Of a DNA stretch of 64,000 nt, positions 18,939-28,958 are shown in pieces. Where the stretch lies: contig CAXXNO010000011.1 in NCBI GenBank assembly GCA_963663235.2, forward strand, positions 32,001 through 96,000, in the 5' to 3' direction. The DNA comes from Dehalococcoidia bacterium. Its GTDB lineage: Bacteria; Chloroflexota; Dehalococcoidia; Bin125. Position numbers and translations under genes: made by a program. Below the pieces are notes generated by a model, which saw only the letters and a program-made list of their open reading frames with translations, did not search any database and was not told where the DNA came from. Numbering within the stretch: position 1 is the stretch's first letter; each line of letters opens with the position of its first letter.

Positions 18939-19068
18939 GGCGCGGCGCCGACGAGGCGAGGCGCGTTTCTCAACTAGGTGACTGACTAATTGCTCTCGGT
19001 GCGAGGCGCCACTTATACTGGCCGCGGCGTTTCCGGGATGGCTGCGCGCCGGCATCCAGGGGGTGCGT

Positions 19069-19587
19069 GTGAGCTACGAGATCATCGAGACCTGCATCGG
19101 CTGCACGGCCTGCGTGAATCGCTGCCCGACCAACGCCATCTTCGGCGAGCGCAACGTCATCCATTACATCGACCCTGCGTTGTGCATCGACTGCGGGGCG
19201 TGTGGGGCGGTCTGTCCCGTCGAGTGCATCCTCGATGAAGTGGGTGACATCTGCCGCAAGTTCGCCAAGAAGGAATGGCCCAAGGCGGTTGTCGTCGCGG
19301 ACCTCTGCATCGGCAGTGGCTGCGAGCTCTGCATTAACATCTGCCCCTTTGACGCGCTGTACCTCGACTACACGGACGCAGCGGACGACTTTTTCGGGCA
19401 GGCCGTGGTGATCGAGAAGAACTGCACCGGCTGCCGCCTCTGCGAAGATGCCTGCGGCTGGGATTCCATCCACATCTTCCCCGAGCGCGAATTATTGAAG
19501 AAGCAGTACTACCCGGACGATGAACTCACGCCGGCCCAAAAGAAGCAGAAGCTGGAGGCGGCCGCCGTCGCCGCGCCCGCAGGCTAG
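19069..19587 (+). CDS. Poly-ferredoxin (four 4Fe-4S motifs)
   Basis: CIGCTACVNRCP, CIDCGACGAVCP, CIGSGCELCINICP, CTGCRLCEDAC; TATACT -10-like hexamer upstream near 19014. Confidence 0.9.
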   Translation: MSYEIIETCIGCTACVNRCPTNAIFGERNVIHYIDPALCIDCGACGAVCPVECILDEVGDICRKFAKKEWPKAVVVADLCIGSGCELCINICPFDALYLDYTDAADDFFGQAVVIEKNCTGCRLCEDACGWDSIHIFPERELLKKQYYPDDELTPAQKKQKLEAAAVAAPAG

Positions 19588-19788
19588 GGCTTTGCCGTGA
19601 TGGAAGAGCGAGCGGGGCGCGGTGGTGCCGCGCTCGCTCGTTAACCGTCGGCTCGCAGCCCTGACGGCCGCGGTTCGGGTCGTGGGAGTCGCGATGGGAG
19701 CGGCTACGCGCCGCCGCCGGACACCTCGCAACGGCGATACCGGCTCGAACGGAACAACCCGTGCATCGCGCGCCGCCGTCTGTTGGAC

Positions 19789-20163
19789 CTACGCGGACGG
19801 GCCATCGTCCCTGGCGGCCTCGTCCGGCGCGATGTCGCCAACATCCTCTGCGGTCCCCACCCCGCCGAACGGGGGTTCTCGGTTCAGCACCACGTCCTTG
19901 TACCACCAGCCGTCTACCGCGTCGCGGCGGAATTCGGCCACCAGGCGGTGCTTGTATCGCACCTTCAGATCGGTCCCCAGGTCCACGTCGTCTCCCTCGA
20001 TCTCCAAGAGGTGGTCCACACCTGTGATCTTGATGACGACGCGGGCCACCTCCCGGGGCCCGATCTTTTCCGGGATCCGCCCTTCCACGTTGGTGTCGTC
20101 GTCCTTGGCGGCGCTGGGGGGCGAGGCCGTCCCGGCATCCGGTTGTGTCGTCATCGTTGGCAT
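19789..20163 (-). CDS. Hypothetical small protein
   Basis: Protein-like central beta region 'RVVIKITGVDHLLEIEG...DGWWY'; purine-rich SD. Confidence 0.6.
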   Translation of the reverse strand: MPTMTTQPDAGTASPPSAAKDDDTNVEGRIPEKIGPREVARVVIKITGVDHLLEIEGDDVDLGTDLKVRYKHRLVAEFRRDAVDGWWYKDVVLNREPPFGGVGTAEDVGDIAPDEAARDDGPSA

Positions 20164-20265
20164 CTCTTTCCGCCGCCGCTCGCCGCAATCTCCTGGGGCT
20201 TGCTATTGTTTCACGCGGCGGATCGCGCGAGCAAATCGCGCCGCTGATACAGGAGGAGGAGCACC

Positions 20266-20928
20266 TTGGCAACAATCGGATTCATCGGTGGCACGGGACC
20301 GGAAGGCTTGGGCTTGGCGATGCGGTTCGCCCTGGCCGGGGAGGCCGTGCGGATCGGATCCCGCCGCCAGGAGCGCGCGGCGGAGGCCGCCGACAAGGTC
20401 CGCACCGCGGTCGAACAGGCGGGCGGCGCCGCGAACGTCGACGGCGGGGTGAACCGGGACGTAGTGAAGGGCAGTGACCTCATCGTCGTCGTGGTGCCGT
20501 TCGACGGGCATGCGGACACGTTGCGTGATCTCAGCGACGCCATCGGCGATAAGCTCGTCATCGATGCCGCCGTGCCGCTGGTGTTCCGGGACGGCGTGCC
20601 GGGTGCAGAGCTGGTCGCGGAGGGCAGCGCCACGGAGCAAGCCCAGGCGCTTCTGCCGAACGCACGCGTGGTCGGCGCCTTCCACAACCTGAGCGCCGTG
20701 AAACTCCAGGACCTGGCGAAAGCGATGGAGGGCGACGTGCTCGTCACCGGCGACGACGGCGACGCCAAGCGCCAGGTCATGCAGCTCACGGGGACGATCG
20801 CCAACCTGCGCGCCGTTGATGCCGGCCCCTTGTCCATGTCCCGCTTCGTCGAGGACATCACCGCGTTGATCTTGGGCATCAATCGCCGCTACAAGGCGCA
20901 CGCCGCCGTTAAGATGGTCGGCATCTAG
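20266..20928 (+). CDS. npdG: NADPH-dependent F420 reductase
   Basis: 'IGFIGGTGPEGLGLA', 'IGSR', 'VVGAFHN', 'VDAGPL', 'INRRYK'; AGGAGG SD, TTG start. Confidence 0.92.
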   Translation: MATIGFIGGTGPEGLGLAMRFALAGEAVRIGSRRQERAAEAADKVRTAVEQAGGAANVDGGVNRDVVKGSDLIVVVVPFDGHADTLRDLSDAIGDKLVIDAAVPLVFRDGVPGAELVAEGSATEQAQALLPNARVVGAFHNLSAVKLQDLAKAMEGDVLVTGDDGDAKRQVMQLTGTIANLRAVDAGPLSMSRFVEDITALILGINRRYKAHAAVKMVGI

Positions 20929-20946
20929 TGAGAGACGGCGGGCGTT

Positions 20947-21720
20947 GTGGCTGATCCGGGAACCCTGCCGATGGACATTCGCGTCCTGGCCGTGAGCGGC
21001 GTTCCGGAAGTCCACCCCGGCGATGACCTGGCCGCCTTGCTTGACGGCGCGCTCACGGCACAGCGCTTGTCCCTGGAAGCCGGCGATGTCTTGGTCGTCA
21101 CGCAGAAGATCGTGAGCAAGGCGGAGGGCCGGATCGTGCGACTGGACGGTGTCACGCCGCGCCCGGAGGCTGAACAGTTCGGGGCGGACTGGGACCGAGA
21201 CCCCCGGCAGGTGGAAGTCGTGCTGCGCGAGAGCGTGCGCATCTTGCGGATGGAGCGCGGCGTGATCATCTCAGAGACCACGCACGGCTGGATCTGCGCC
21301 AATGCGGGGGTGGACGCCTCCAACGTCGGCGGGGGCGAGTCCGTGACGTTGCTGCCGGACGACGCCAGCGCCTCCGCCGGGCGAATCCGCCGCGGCCTGG
21401 TGCAGCGCGCCCGGCCCGACGTCGCCGTGCTGGTAACCGACACCTTCGGGCGCCCCTGGCGCGAAGGCGTCACCAACGTCGCGATCGGTGTGAGCGGGAT
21501 GAACCCACTCCATTCCTACGTGGGCCAGCGCGATGCCGAAGGCTACGATCTGCAAATGACGGTCATGGCCACCGCGGACGAGATCGCCGGCGCGGCGGAA
21601 CTGGTGATGAACAAGCTGGACCAGGTTCCTGCCGCCGTGGTCCAGGGCCTCAACGTCCCTGTGGCGGAATTCGACCACCGCCCGCTGCTGCGTCCGCCGG
21701 ACATGGACCTCTTCCGCTAG
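20947..21720 (+). CDS. cofE: Coenzyme F420-0:L-glutamate ligase
   Basis: 'GDVLVVTQKIVSKAEGR', 'ANAGVDASNV', 'DTFGRPWREG', 'DLFR'. Confidence 0.93.
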   Translation: MADPGTLPMDIRVLAVSGVPEVHPGDDLAALLDGALTAQRLSLEAGDVLVVTQKIVSKAEGRIVRLDGVTPRPEAEQFGADWDRDPRQVEVVLRESVRILRMERGVIISETTHGWICANAGVDASNVGGGESVTLLPDDASASAGRIRRGLVQRARPDVAVLVTDTFGRPWREGVTNVAIGVSGMNPLHSYVGQRDAEGYDLQMTVMATADEIAGAAELVMNKLDQVPAAVVQGLNVPVAEFDHRPLLRPPDMDLFR

Positions 21721-21737
21721 CGCCGCACCGCCGGCGA

Positions 21738-22106
21738 TCAGCGTTGCCCCGGCATCCCGCCCTTGGAGTTGTCGATGAGGCCGACGATGTTGCCGTCCGG
21801 GTCGTTGAGGGTGACGAGACGGCCGGGCGGGATGTCGAACGGCGCTTCCTCGTTGAACTGGTAACCGCGGCCGCGGAGTTCCTTGAACGCCGCGTCGACG
21901 TCATCTACTAGGAACCAGACACCCGTCCCGCCCCGCCCTGTCTCGGGCGAGGCTTGCCCCAGGATCAAGTAAGCGTGCTCAGCGAACTTGAAATAGGGCG
22001 CATCGAACGGGGTCGGCTCGATGCCCAGCAGATCGGCGTACCACTTGCGTGACGCCTCGACGTCACCGACCCACTGGAGCACGGTCTCAATCCGCTGCGC
22101 CCGCAT
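21738..22106 (-). CDS. VOC (glyoxalase/bleomycin resistance) family protein
   Basis: 'VGDVEASRKWYADLLG', 'FLVDDVDAA', 'DPDGNIVGL'; AAAGGGG SD. Confidence 0.85.
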   Translation of the reverse strand: MRAQRIETVLQWVGDVEASRKWYADLLGIEPTPFDAPYFKFAEHAYLILGQASPETGRGGTGVWFLVDDVDAAFKELRGRGYQFNEEAPFDIPPGRLVTLNDPDGNIVGLIDNSKGGMPGQR

Positions 22107-22767
22107 CACTGCCCCTTTCGTTAGCCGCCGGTGCATCCGGATCCTCGACGGCGGAGAACTCATCGGCGAACTCGCTGTTGAATCGGTCGTTGAGGACCTC
22201 TTCGGCGGCGAGGGCTGCGTCGGTCTCGGCCACAGCGGCTTCGAACCCCGCGACGTCGCCAGCGCCGAGCGCCTCTGCCTGCGCTCGCACCGCCGCCTCC
22301 AACTCTCGCAGCGCCGCAAGGTACTCGGCGTTCCAGACGGCGGCGCGAGAGGGGACACCGCCGCGGGACCCCTCTCCGAAGCGGACCAAGAGCCCGAGCT
22401 CCTCGAACTCTTCGGTCAAGTCGTCGACCCTGGCGGCGGCGGCTTCCGCATTGATCTCGTGCTGCGCACAGGCCGCCGCGTCACCGGCGACGCAGGCATC
22501 ACGGACGTTCCGCGGTGCCAGATGTTCGAAGCTGGCCACCAAACGACTCCGGAGGTCGCGCACATCATTGAAGTACGGGGAGTTCTTATCGTCGTCGTCC
22601 GCGAGCACGGTGACGACCACGACGAGAACTAGCAAGGCGGCTATGCCGATCGCTGCGCGCTTGATGGTGAGGCGGCCGAACGGCGACTCGCCGTCCGCGC
22701 CCCACTGGAATCGGCCCTGCCGCCCACTGCCATAGGGATCCGGATCGTACACTGCGCCCCTCAGCAC
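22087..22767 (-). CDS. Single-pass membrane protein, unknown function
   Basis: One TM segment 'AAIGIAALLVLVVVVTVLA' followed by an acidic helical domain. Confidence 0.6.
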   Translation of the reverse strand: MLRGAVYDPDPYGSGRQGRFQWGADGESPFGRLTIKRAAIGIAALLVLVVVVTVLADDDDKNSPYFNDVRDLRSRLVASFEHLAPRNVRDACVAGDAAACAQHEINAEAAAARVDDLTEEFEELGLLVRFGEGSRGGVPSRAAVWNAEYLAALRELEAAVRAQAEALGAGDVAGFEAAVAETDAALAAEEVLNDRFNSEFADEFSAVEDPDAPAANERGSDAGAAD

Positions 22768-22812
22768 CTCACGGGCAGCGTAACGGTTCCGTGGCTCAGG
22801 TACGGCTCGGGC

Positions 22813-23199
22813 TCAGTTGATCACGGCGTCGGCTTCGATCTCCACCAGCCATTCAGACTTGAGCAGCTGTGCCTCGACCGCGGTGCTCGCCGGGCGCACA
22901 TCGCCGAAGAGTTCCCCGTGCGCCTTCGCGATCGCTTCCCAGTCACGCTTGAGGTTCGTCGCAAACACCCGGGTCCGCACCACGTCCGCCAGTGTCGCGC
23001 CGGCCTCCGCCAACGCCGTCTCGATGCGCTGGAACGCCGTGATCGTCTGCGCATAGGCGTCGCCCGGTGCGATCACCTGTCCCGATGCGTCGATCGCTGC
23101 GGTGCCGGAAACGAAGACCTGATTGCCGACTTTTACGGCGCGGGAATAGCCGAACATCGGCTCGTACGGCGACCCGCTCGAGATCCGCTGTCTATCCAT
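22813..23199 (-). CDS. RidA family protein
   Basis: 'GYSRAV', 'VSGT', 'DVVRTRVF', 'RPAST', 'LVEIEADA'. Confidence 0.9.
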   Translation of the reverse strand: MDRQRISSGSPYEPMFGYSRAVKVGNQVFVSGTAAIDASGQVIAPGDAYAQTITAFQRIETALAEAGATLADVVRTRVFATNLKRDWEAIAKAHGELFGDVRPASTAVEAQLLKSEWLVEIEADAVIN

Positions 23200-23276
23200 G
23201 CGCTCCTCCTCGATCTACGTTGCGAACGCGATCCGGGCCCCATCAGCCTGCGCCGGCGCGAGAGGATGGTAGCAAC

Positions 23277-23804
23277 TTGGACGATTCGCGGACCGCGGAT
23301 GACTACCTCAATCTCACGGACGCGGACCTCGTGCGTCAGTGCAAGGTGGACACCTTCCGCGTCTCCGGACCGGGAGGGCAGCATCGCAACAAAAGGGATA
23401 CCGCCGTGCGGCTGCGTCACGGGCCCACCGGCTTGTCGGCGCAGGCCTTTGAGAGGCGATCCCAGCGCGAGAACCGCGTCAGGGCCCTGCGACGGCTCCG
23501 CGAGCGAATCGCGCTGGAGGCGCGCAGACCGCTGGACCTCTCGACCTACTCGCCGCCGCCGGAGGTGATGGCGCTTCTGCCCTCGGATGGGCGTCCGGCG
23601 ATCGGGCCCCGGGGCTCCGCGTATTGGCCCGCCGTCCGGGAGCTGCTGGATCTCTTCGTCGCCCTGGACTGTTCGGTGAGCGAAACGGCGCAGCGCCTGG
23701 ACGTCAACACCGGCAGACTCTCAAAGGTGCTGACGTCGCAGCCTCACCTCCTGCGCACCGTCAACGCGCTGCGCGCTGCCCGCGCCCAGCGTCCGCTGCG
23801 CTAG
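23277..23804 (+). CDS. Peptide chain release factor-like GGQ protein (RF-1 domain plus C-terminal HTH-like region)
   Basis: 'SGPGGQHRNKRDTAVRLRH', 'RSQRENR'; start (TTG 23277) uncertain. Confidence 0.8.
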   Translation: MDDSRTADDYLNLTDADLVRQCKVDTFRVSGPGGQHRNKRDTAVRLRHGPTGLSAQAFERRSQRENRVRALRRLRERIALEARRPLDLSTYSPPPEVMALLPSDGRPAIGPRGSAYWPAVRELLDLFVALDCSVSETAQRLDVNTGRLSKVLTSQPHLLRTVNALRAARAQRPLR

Positions 23805-25198
23805 CGCTGGGCGAGCCAGGCGTGGGCTGCCCGATGACCGCTGCGCACGGCGGACTCCATCGTGGCGGGCCATTCCGTATCGGTCCACGCGCCCGCCAGG
23901 AACAGATTGGGGTAGGGCGTCTCCGCCGGGAGGCGGCGCGCGGCGGCGCCCGCCTCAGGGCGGAAGGTCGCCTCCTGCTCTTTGACCACGCGCCATTCCT
24001 GCACGGTGGCGGCTCGCGCCGCGGGCAAGGCGCGACGCAGCGCGGCGATGGTCGCCTGCGCCACCGCCTCGCGGGGGCGGGCGCTTTCTTCGTAGGCGCC
24101 GCTCAGCGAGCAGGTGAGCCACTGTCCCGGCGTCGATAGCCTCTGAATACCGCTGCGGTTGAACACGTACTGAAGCTGCGGGTCCAGGACCGCTATGAAG
24201 TCCTCCTCCAGCACGGTCCGGTCCAGCCAGATATGCACGTTGACGATCGGTGAGTAGGTAAAGGCGTCCAGCGCGGCCAGTGCCGGATGCCGGCGCCAGC
24301 TTTCCGGTAGCAGCGGCGCAATGTGGTTGGGAGGCAGCGCCAGGACCGCCGCCCCAGTCGCGACGCACGCATCGCCGGAGAGGCGCACGCCGCGCACACG
24401 GTCGCCGTCACACTGCAGCGCCTGCGCACGGCGACCGAGCAGCACACGTCCACCCGCGTCGCGGAGCCGTGCCAGCATGGCGTCCGCGATCGTCGAGAGC
24501 CCGACCGCGGCAAAGCCCAGATCCGCGGCGTGCCGGTCGCGGAGCAAGCCCACCTGAAACACCATGATCGCCTGACGGGCGCTGACACGGTCGGATGAGT
24601 CGTTGCACGTCGGCAGAATGATCAGGTCCCAGAACCGGTCGATGACCGGCTGCGACTGCCCGTGCGCCCGCAACCAGTCGCCGAACGAGCGGTCATCCAG
24701 CTTGCGGCGCCCGGCCGTGCCCATCCACAGCATCGGAGCGATGGCGCGGCTCAGAAGCAGTTTGTCCCGCCAGGACAGGTGGACGTAGCGCAAGAGCGAG
24801 GCGGCCAGGTGGAATGGAGCGGGGATGCCCGGCGGTCCCGCCGCGATGGCGGAACAGCGGCCGCTCGCTGGGTCCAACACGGGTATGCGCAAGCGTCGCT
24901 GCGTCCGAATTTGATCGCGCAGGTCGAGGCGGTCGATCAGTTCGAGGTAAGCGGTGCAGCAGCGCAGATATATGTGCTGACCGTTGTCCAGTTCGACGCC
25001 GGTGGCGCGATCCACGAACGAGAAGGTCTTGCCGCCGACGAACGGACGTCGCTCCACCAACAGCGTGGAGACACCGGCCTCGGCCAAGTCCAGCGCGGCC
25101 GTGAGGCCGGCCAGGCCACCGCCCACCACAACCACGTCGCTCTCGGCGGGCGGATCGGTCAGTGTGGCTTCCGTTTCGGCCAGGCGCCGGTACCCCAC
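23801..25198 (-). CDS. hpnE: Hydroxysqualene dehydroxylase
   Basis: 'VVGGGLAGL' FAD motif, 'LDNGQH', 'LAGAWTDTEWPATMESAVRSG'; directly follows hpnD. Confidence 0.9.
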   Translation of the reverse strand: MGYRRLAETEATLTDPPAESDVVVVGGGLAGLTAALDLAEAGVSTLLVERRPFVGGKTFSFVDRATGVELDNGQHIYLRCCTAYLELIDRLDLRDQIRTQRRLRIPVLDPASGRCSAIAAGPPGIPAPFHLAASLLRYVHLSWRDKLLLSRAIAPMLWMGTAGRRKLDDRSFGDWLRAHGQSQPVIDRFWDLIILPTCNDSSDRVSARQAIMVFQVGLLRDRHAADLGFAAVGLSTIADAMLARLRDAGGRVLLGRRAQALQCDGDRVRGVRLSGDACVATGAAVLALPPNHIAPLLPESWRRHPALAALDAFTYSPIVNVHIWLDRTVLEEDFIAVLDPQLQYVFNRSGIQRLSTPGQWLTCSLSGAYEESARPREAVAQATIAALRRALPAARAATVQEWRVVKEQEATFRPEAGAAARRLPAETPYPNLFLAGAWTDTEWPATMESAVRSGHRAAHAWLAQR

Positions 25199-26082
25199 AG
25201 GCGCAGCAGGAGCAGCAGGCGGCGCGCCGTTGAGCGACGTACCCGCTCGCTGAAGACGTCATAGTCGCGCTGTTCCATCGTGTTCAAAAGGCTGTGATAA
25301 ACGCCTTGGAGGCCGTTACAGCACATCCGGCTGCGGGGCCCGTCCAGCAAGGGGATCAGGCGCTCGCCGCTGGTGTAGAAGGAGCGGGCCCGCCCCGCGT
25401 AGTCCGCCATCAGTGTTCGAAAGGCCTCGTTGTAGACGCCGGCGAGCAGGTCGGCTTCGGAGTAGCCGTGGCGGACCAGATCCTCGCCCGCCAGGTAGAT
25501 GCGACCGCGTTCAGCGTCTTCCTTGACGTCGCGCATGATGTTGGTCAGTTGCAGCGCCTTGCCCATGTCGATCGCCGCGGCCGTCGCCTCGGCGCGATGG
25601 GCGGCGTCGTAACCGAAGATCTCGATGCAGATCAGCCCAATCGCCGACGCGGCACGATAGCAGTACTGCTCCAGGTCGGCGAAGGTGGCGTAACGGCTCT
25701 GCCGGAGGTCTTGCTCCATCCCCGCGATGAGGTCCAGGAAGTGCTGCTTGGGTATGGCGTAGCGCCTCACGGCGTCGCCCAGGGCGGTCGCCAGCCAGCC
25801 CTCGCCGCTGCCGGTGTACGCGGCGTCGAGCAAGGCGTGCGTCTCGGTGAGGCCCCGCTGCTGCTCAGGGGGCGAAGCGGCGGCGTCCGCGATGTCGTCC
25901 ACCGTCCCCGCGAACGCGTAGGCGGCGTAGATTGCCCGGCGCTTGGGCTTGGGCAGCGAGGCGAAGGCGTAATAGAAGTTGCTAGCGCGACTCTTGGTGA
26001 AGGCGCGACAACGCTCGTAGGCCTCGTCGAGGCTCGGCGGCGATGCGGCCATCGGCGTGGTGGAGGGTGCGCCCACGGCCAT
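25159..26082 (-). CDS. hpnD: Presqualene diphosphate synthase
   Basis: 'SNFYYAF', 'VDDIAD', 'YCYRAASAIG', 'LQLTNIMRDVKEDAERGRIYL'; TGATG coupling to hpnC. Confidence 0.88.
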   Translation of the reverse strand: MAVGAPSTTPMAASPPSLDEAYERCRAFTKSRASNFYYAFASLPKPKRRAIYAAYAFAGTVDDIADAAASPPEQQRGLTETHALLDAAYTGSGEGWLATALGDAVRRYAIPKQHFLDLIAGMEQDLRQSRYATFADLEQYCYRAASAIGLICIEIFGYDAAHRAEATAAAIDMGKALQLTNIMRDVKEDAERGRIYLAGEDLVRHGYSEADLLAGVYNEAFRTLMADYAGRARSFYTSGERLIPLLDGPRSRMCCNGLQGVYHSLLNTMEQRDYDVFSERVRRSTARRLLLLLRLWGTGAWPKRKPH

Positions 26083-26984
26083 CAGCGCGCTCCCAGCCTG
26101 TGGCGCGCCATCGCGCTCAGCGCCAGCGCTCCCTTCCGCCACGCGGAAACGGTGGGCCGGCGCGATAGCACGTCATAGTTCTGCTCTTCGATGCCCCGCA
26201 GCACCGCCCGCCCGCCCGCCGTGAAAAGTTCGAGGTCGATGCGCAGGTCGCGCTCCACAAGGCCGACCAGAGGCAACCCACGGCGGAAGAGCGCCTCCGC
26301 GCGATCGACTTCGAACTGCATCAGCGCGCGGAAGTTGTCGTTGCAGCGACGCTCGCCGATCTGCGCCTCGTCCACGCCGAAGCGGCGCAAATCTTCCAGC
26401 GGCAGGTAGAGCCGGCCCGCGGCGTAGTCGCGCGCCACGTCCTGCCAGTGGTTGGCCAGTTGCAACGCGGTGCAGGTGGCGTCGCCGAGCGCCCGCCGGT
26501 GCCCGTCGCTGTAGCCGAAAAGTCCGAGCACCATGTGCCCCACCGGAGTGGCGGAGTAGTCGCAGGAGTCCAGGACGTCTTGGAATGTGGGGTAGCGAGT
26601 CTGACGTTGATCCCGCCGGTTGGCCTCGATCAGGCGCCGAAAGCAGTCGATCTCCAGGGGGTACCGCTCGGCCGCCTCACCGAGCGCCACCGTGATCGGA
26701 TGGTGGCCCCGCCCCGCGAAGCCGCGCTCCAGATCGCGCTCCCATTCGTCCAAGAGGGCCAGTCGGTCGCCGCCGGCCTCGTCGCCCAGGTCGTCCGTGA
26801 AGCGGCAGAAGGCATAAACGGTGTACATCGCCGGGCGCAGGCGCCGCGGCAGGAACCACGAAACGACGGTGAAGTTTTCGGAGTGGCGTCGGGCGTAGCG
26901 TTCGCACCACCGCGCCGCCGTCTGTCGGCCGACCGGCGGATCGCTGTAGCCGGCCTCGATCGGATTGGCGTCTGTTGCGACCAC
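26082..26984 (-). CDS. hpnC: Hydroxysqualene synthase
   Basis: 'HSENFTVVSWFLP', 'TDDLGDE', 'ALQLANHWQDVARD'. Confidence 0.9.
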   Translation of the reverse strand: MVATDANPIEAGYSDPPVGRQTAARWCERYARRHSENFTVVSWFLPRRLRPAMYTVYAFCRFTDDLGDEAGGDRLALLDEWERDLERGFAGRGHHPITVALGEAAERYPLEIDCFRRLIEANRRDQRQTRYPTFQDVLDSCDYSATPVGHMVLGLFGYSDGHRRALGDATCTALQLANHWQDVARDYAAGRLYLPLEDLRRFGVDEAQIGERRCNDNFRALMQFEVDRAEALFRRGLPLVGLVERDLRIDLELFTAGGRAVLRGIEEQNYDVLSRRPTVSAWRKGALALSAMARHRLGAR

Positions 26985-27032
26985 GATCGGCGGCTCCGTT
27001 TCGTCGCGGCGATTGTAAGGGATGGGGACGCG

Positions 27033-28958
27033 CTACCGGGACGCCGTCGCGCGGCGGTAGCGCCCCAAGGCCATCAACGGAAAGTAGTGCCGGTACAGGT
27101 GGTAGTTAAGCATGAAGTCCCCGGGGAAGCCGGTACCGGTGAATTCCGGCTCGTCCCAGGTGCCGTCCGACCTCTGACGCCCCATCAGGTAGCGGACTCC
27201 GCGCGTCGCCGCCTCCGACTCCGCCTCTCCCGCCGCGATCAGCGCCAGCAGCGCCCAGGCAGTCTGCGACGGGGTGGATGGCCCGGCGCCCCGCAGGTCG
27301 GGCTGTGCGTAGGTTTCGCAGCCCTCGCCCCAGCCGCCGTCGGGCTGCTGGTGCCGCCGTAGCCATTCGACTGCGCGACGCACCGCCGGCTGCTCCAGTG
27401 GCTCGCCGATCGCCGCCAGCGCGGGCAACGCCGCGCCGATGCCATAGATGTAGTTAACGCCCCAGCGTCCCCACCACGATCCGTCGGCCTCCTGGAGCCG
27501 AGAGAGGAAGCGCAGCCCGCGCTTCGCCGGCGGGTACTCCGCTCGGTAGCCGAGGCGGCCCAACAGCTCCAGCACGTGGGCGCTCACGTCGGCCGTCGGC
27601 GGATCCAGGGTCGCACCGAAATCTGCGAACGGGATCTCGGTCAGGAACTCCTTGTCGTTGTCGACGTCGAACGAGCCCCAGCCGCCGTTCCGGCATTGCA
27701 TCGACAGCGTCCAGCGCAAGCCACGGTCGATCGCCTTCCGCTTGGCGGCGGCGTCCGGAACGTCGATGTCGTCGAGCGCGATCATCACGATCGCCGCGTC
27801 GTCGATGTCGGGGTAGCTGTCGTTCTCGAACTCAAACGCCCAGCCGCCGGGCGCTGTGTCGGGGTTCTTCACCTGCCAGTCACCGCCCCCGTAGATCTGC
27901 TCGTGCAGGAGCCACTCGCCCGCGCGGACCAGCGCGGGATCATCGGCGGCGGTCTCGGCGTCCCGCAGCGCCATGCAGGCGAGCGCCGTGTCCCAGACGG
28001 GTGAGAGGCACGGCTCCGTCCACAGCATGCCGTCGTCATCATGGGTGAAGGTCTCGAAGCCGCGGAGCGCCTTTTGGATCACTGGGTGGTCCAGGGGATA
28101 GCCCAGCGACCGCAGCGCGAGGATCGCGTAGACCCACGGGGGCTGGATGCCACCCCAGGATCCGTCGGCCTCCTGCCGGTCCAGCAGCCAGCGCTCCGCC
28201 GCCTTCAGCGCCCGACGCTGAAACGGCTTGAGGTGGTGGCGGTCTATGGCGCGCAGCAGCTTGTCGACGGAATAGAAGAACCCGCTCCAGGAGGCGATCC
28301 GCCGCGGCCGAGCGACGGCGAAGCGGCCGCGCTCCGCCGGGTCCCGCCACAACTCTTGCACGCCCGCGCCGGCGGGCAGCGTCGCGGTGGGTCGCAGTGT
28401 GAAGACCACCGTGATCCCGACGATCGTGGCCCGCGCCCACGAGGCGAACTCATACAGGTTGAGCGGGAACCATGTCGGCAGCAGATTGGTCCAGACCGGC
28501 ATCGCCGGAAGTTGCTCCCAGTCGAACTGGTCGAAGAGCGCCAGCCAGAGCTTGGTGAAGATCCGGGCCTCCGCGATGCCGCCTTGGTCCAGGATCCACT
28601 CGCGAGCGCGCACCATATGGGGGGCGCTGGGATCCTCGCCCGCGATCTTCAGCGCGAAGTACGCTTCGATCGAGGTACTCAGCTCGCCCGGGCCGTTGTA
28701 CCACTGCGACCAGTAGCCCTGCGGGTGTTGGTGGCGGCGCAGATACTCGCCGATTTTGGCCCAGCGCGCCGGATCCCCGATGCCCAGATGGTGCGTCAGC
28801 AGGAGGTACTCGGCGGTGATGGAGGCGTTCGCCTCCAGCTCGCCCCACCAGTAGCCGTCTTTGGTTTGGCGCTCCAGCAGCCAGCTGCGCCCCTTGGCGA
28901 TGGCGCTCGTCAGGCCGGCCTGTTCCACCGGAACCGCTGCGCCGACCAAGTCCGACAC
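27033..28958 (-). CDS. shc: Squalene-hopene cyclase
   Basis: 'YPDIDD' DxDD motif, multiple QxxDGxW repeats, 'SPVWDTA', 'GRWGVNYIYG', 'TGTGFPG'. Confidence 0.96.
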   Translation of the reverse strand: MSDLVGAAVPVEQAGLTSAIAKGRSWLLERQTKDGYWWGELEANASITAEYLLLTHHLGIGDPARWAKIGEYLRRHQHPQGYWSQWYNGPGELSTSIEAYFALKIAGEDPSAPHMVRAREWILDQGGIAEARIFTKLWLALFDQFDWEQLPAMPVWTNLLPTWFPLNLYEFASWARATIVGITVVFTLRPTATLPAGAGVQELWRDPAERGRFAVARPRRIASWSGFFYSVDKLLRAIDRHHLKPFQRRALKAAERWLLDRQEADGSWGGIQPPWVYAILALRSLGYPLDHPVIQKALRGFETFTHDDDGMLWTEPCLSPVWDTALACMALRDAETAADDPALVRAGEWLLHEQIYGGGDWQVKNPDTAPGGWAFEFENDSYPDIDDAAIVMIALDDIDVPDAAAKRKAIDRGLRWTLSMQCRNGGWGSFDVDNDKEFLTEIPFADFGATLDPPTADVSAHVLELLGRLGYRAEYPPAKRGLRFLSRLQEADGSWWGRWGVNYIYGIGAALPALAAIGEPLEQPAVRRAVEWLRRHQQPDGGWGEGCETYAQPDLRGAGPSTPSQTAWALLALIAAGEAESEAATRGVRYLMGRQRSDGTWDEPEFTGTGFPGDFMLNYHLYRHYFPLMALGRYRRATASR

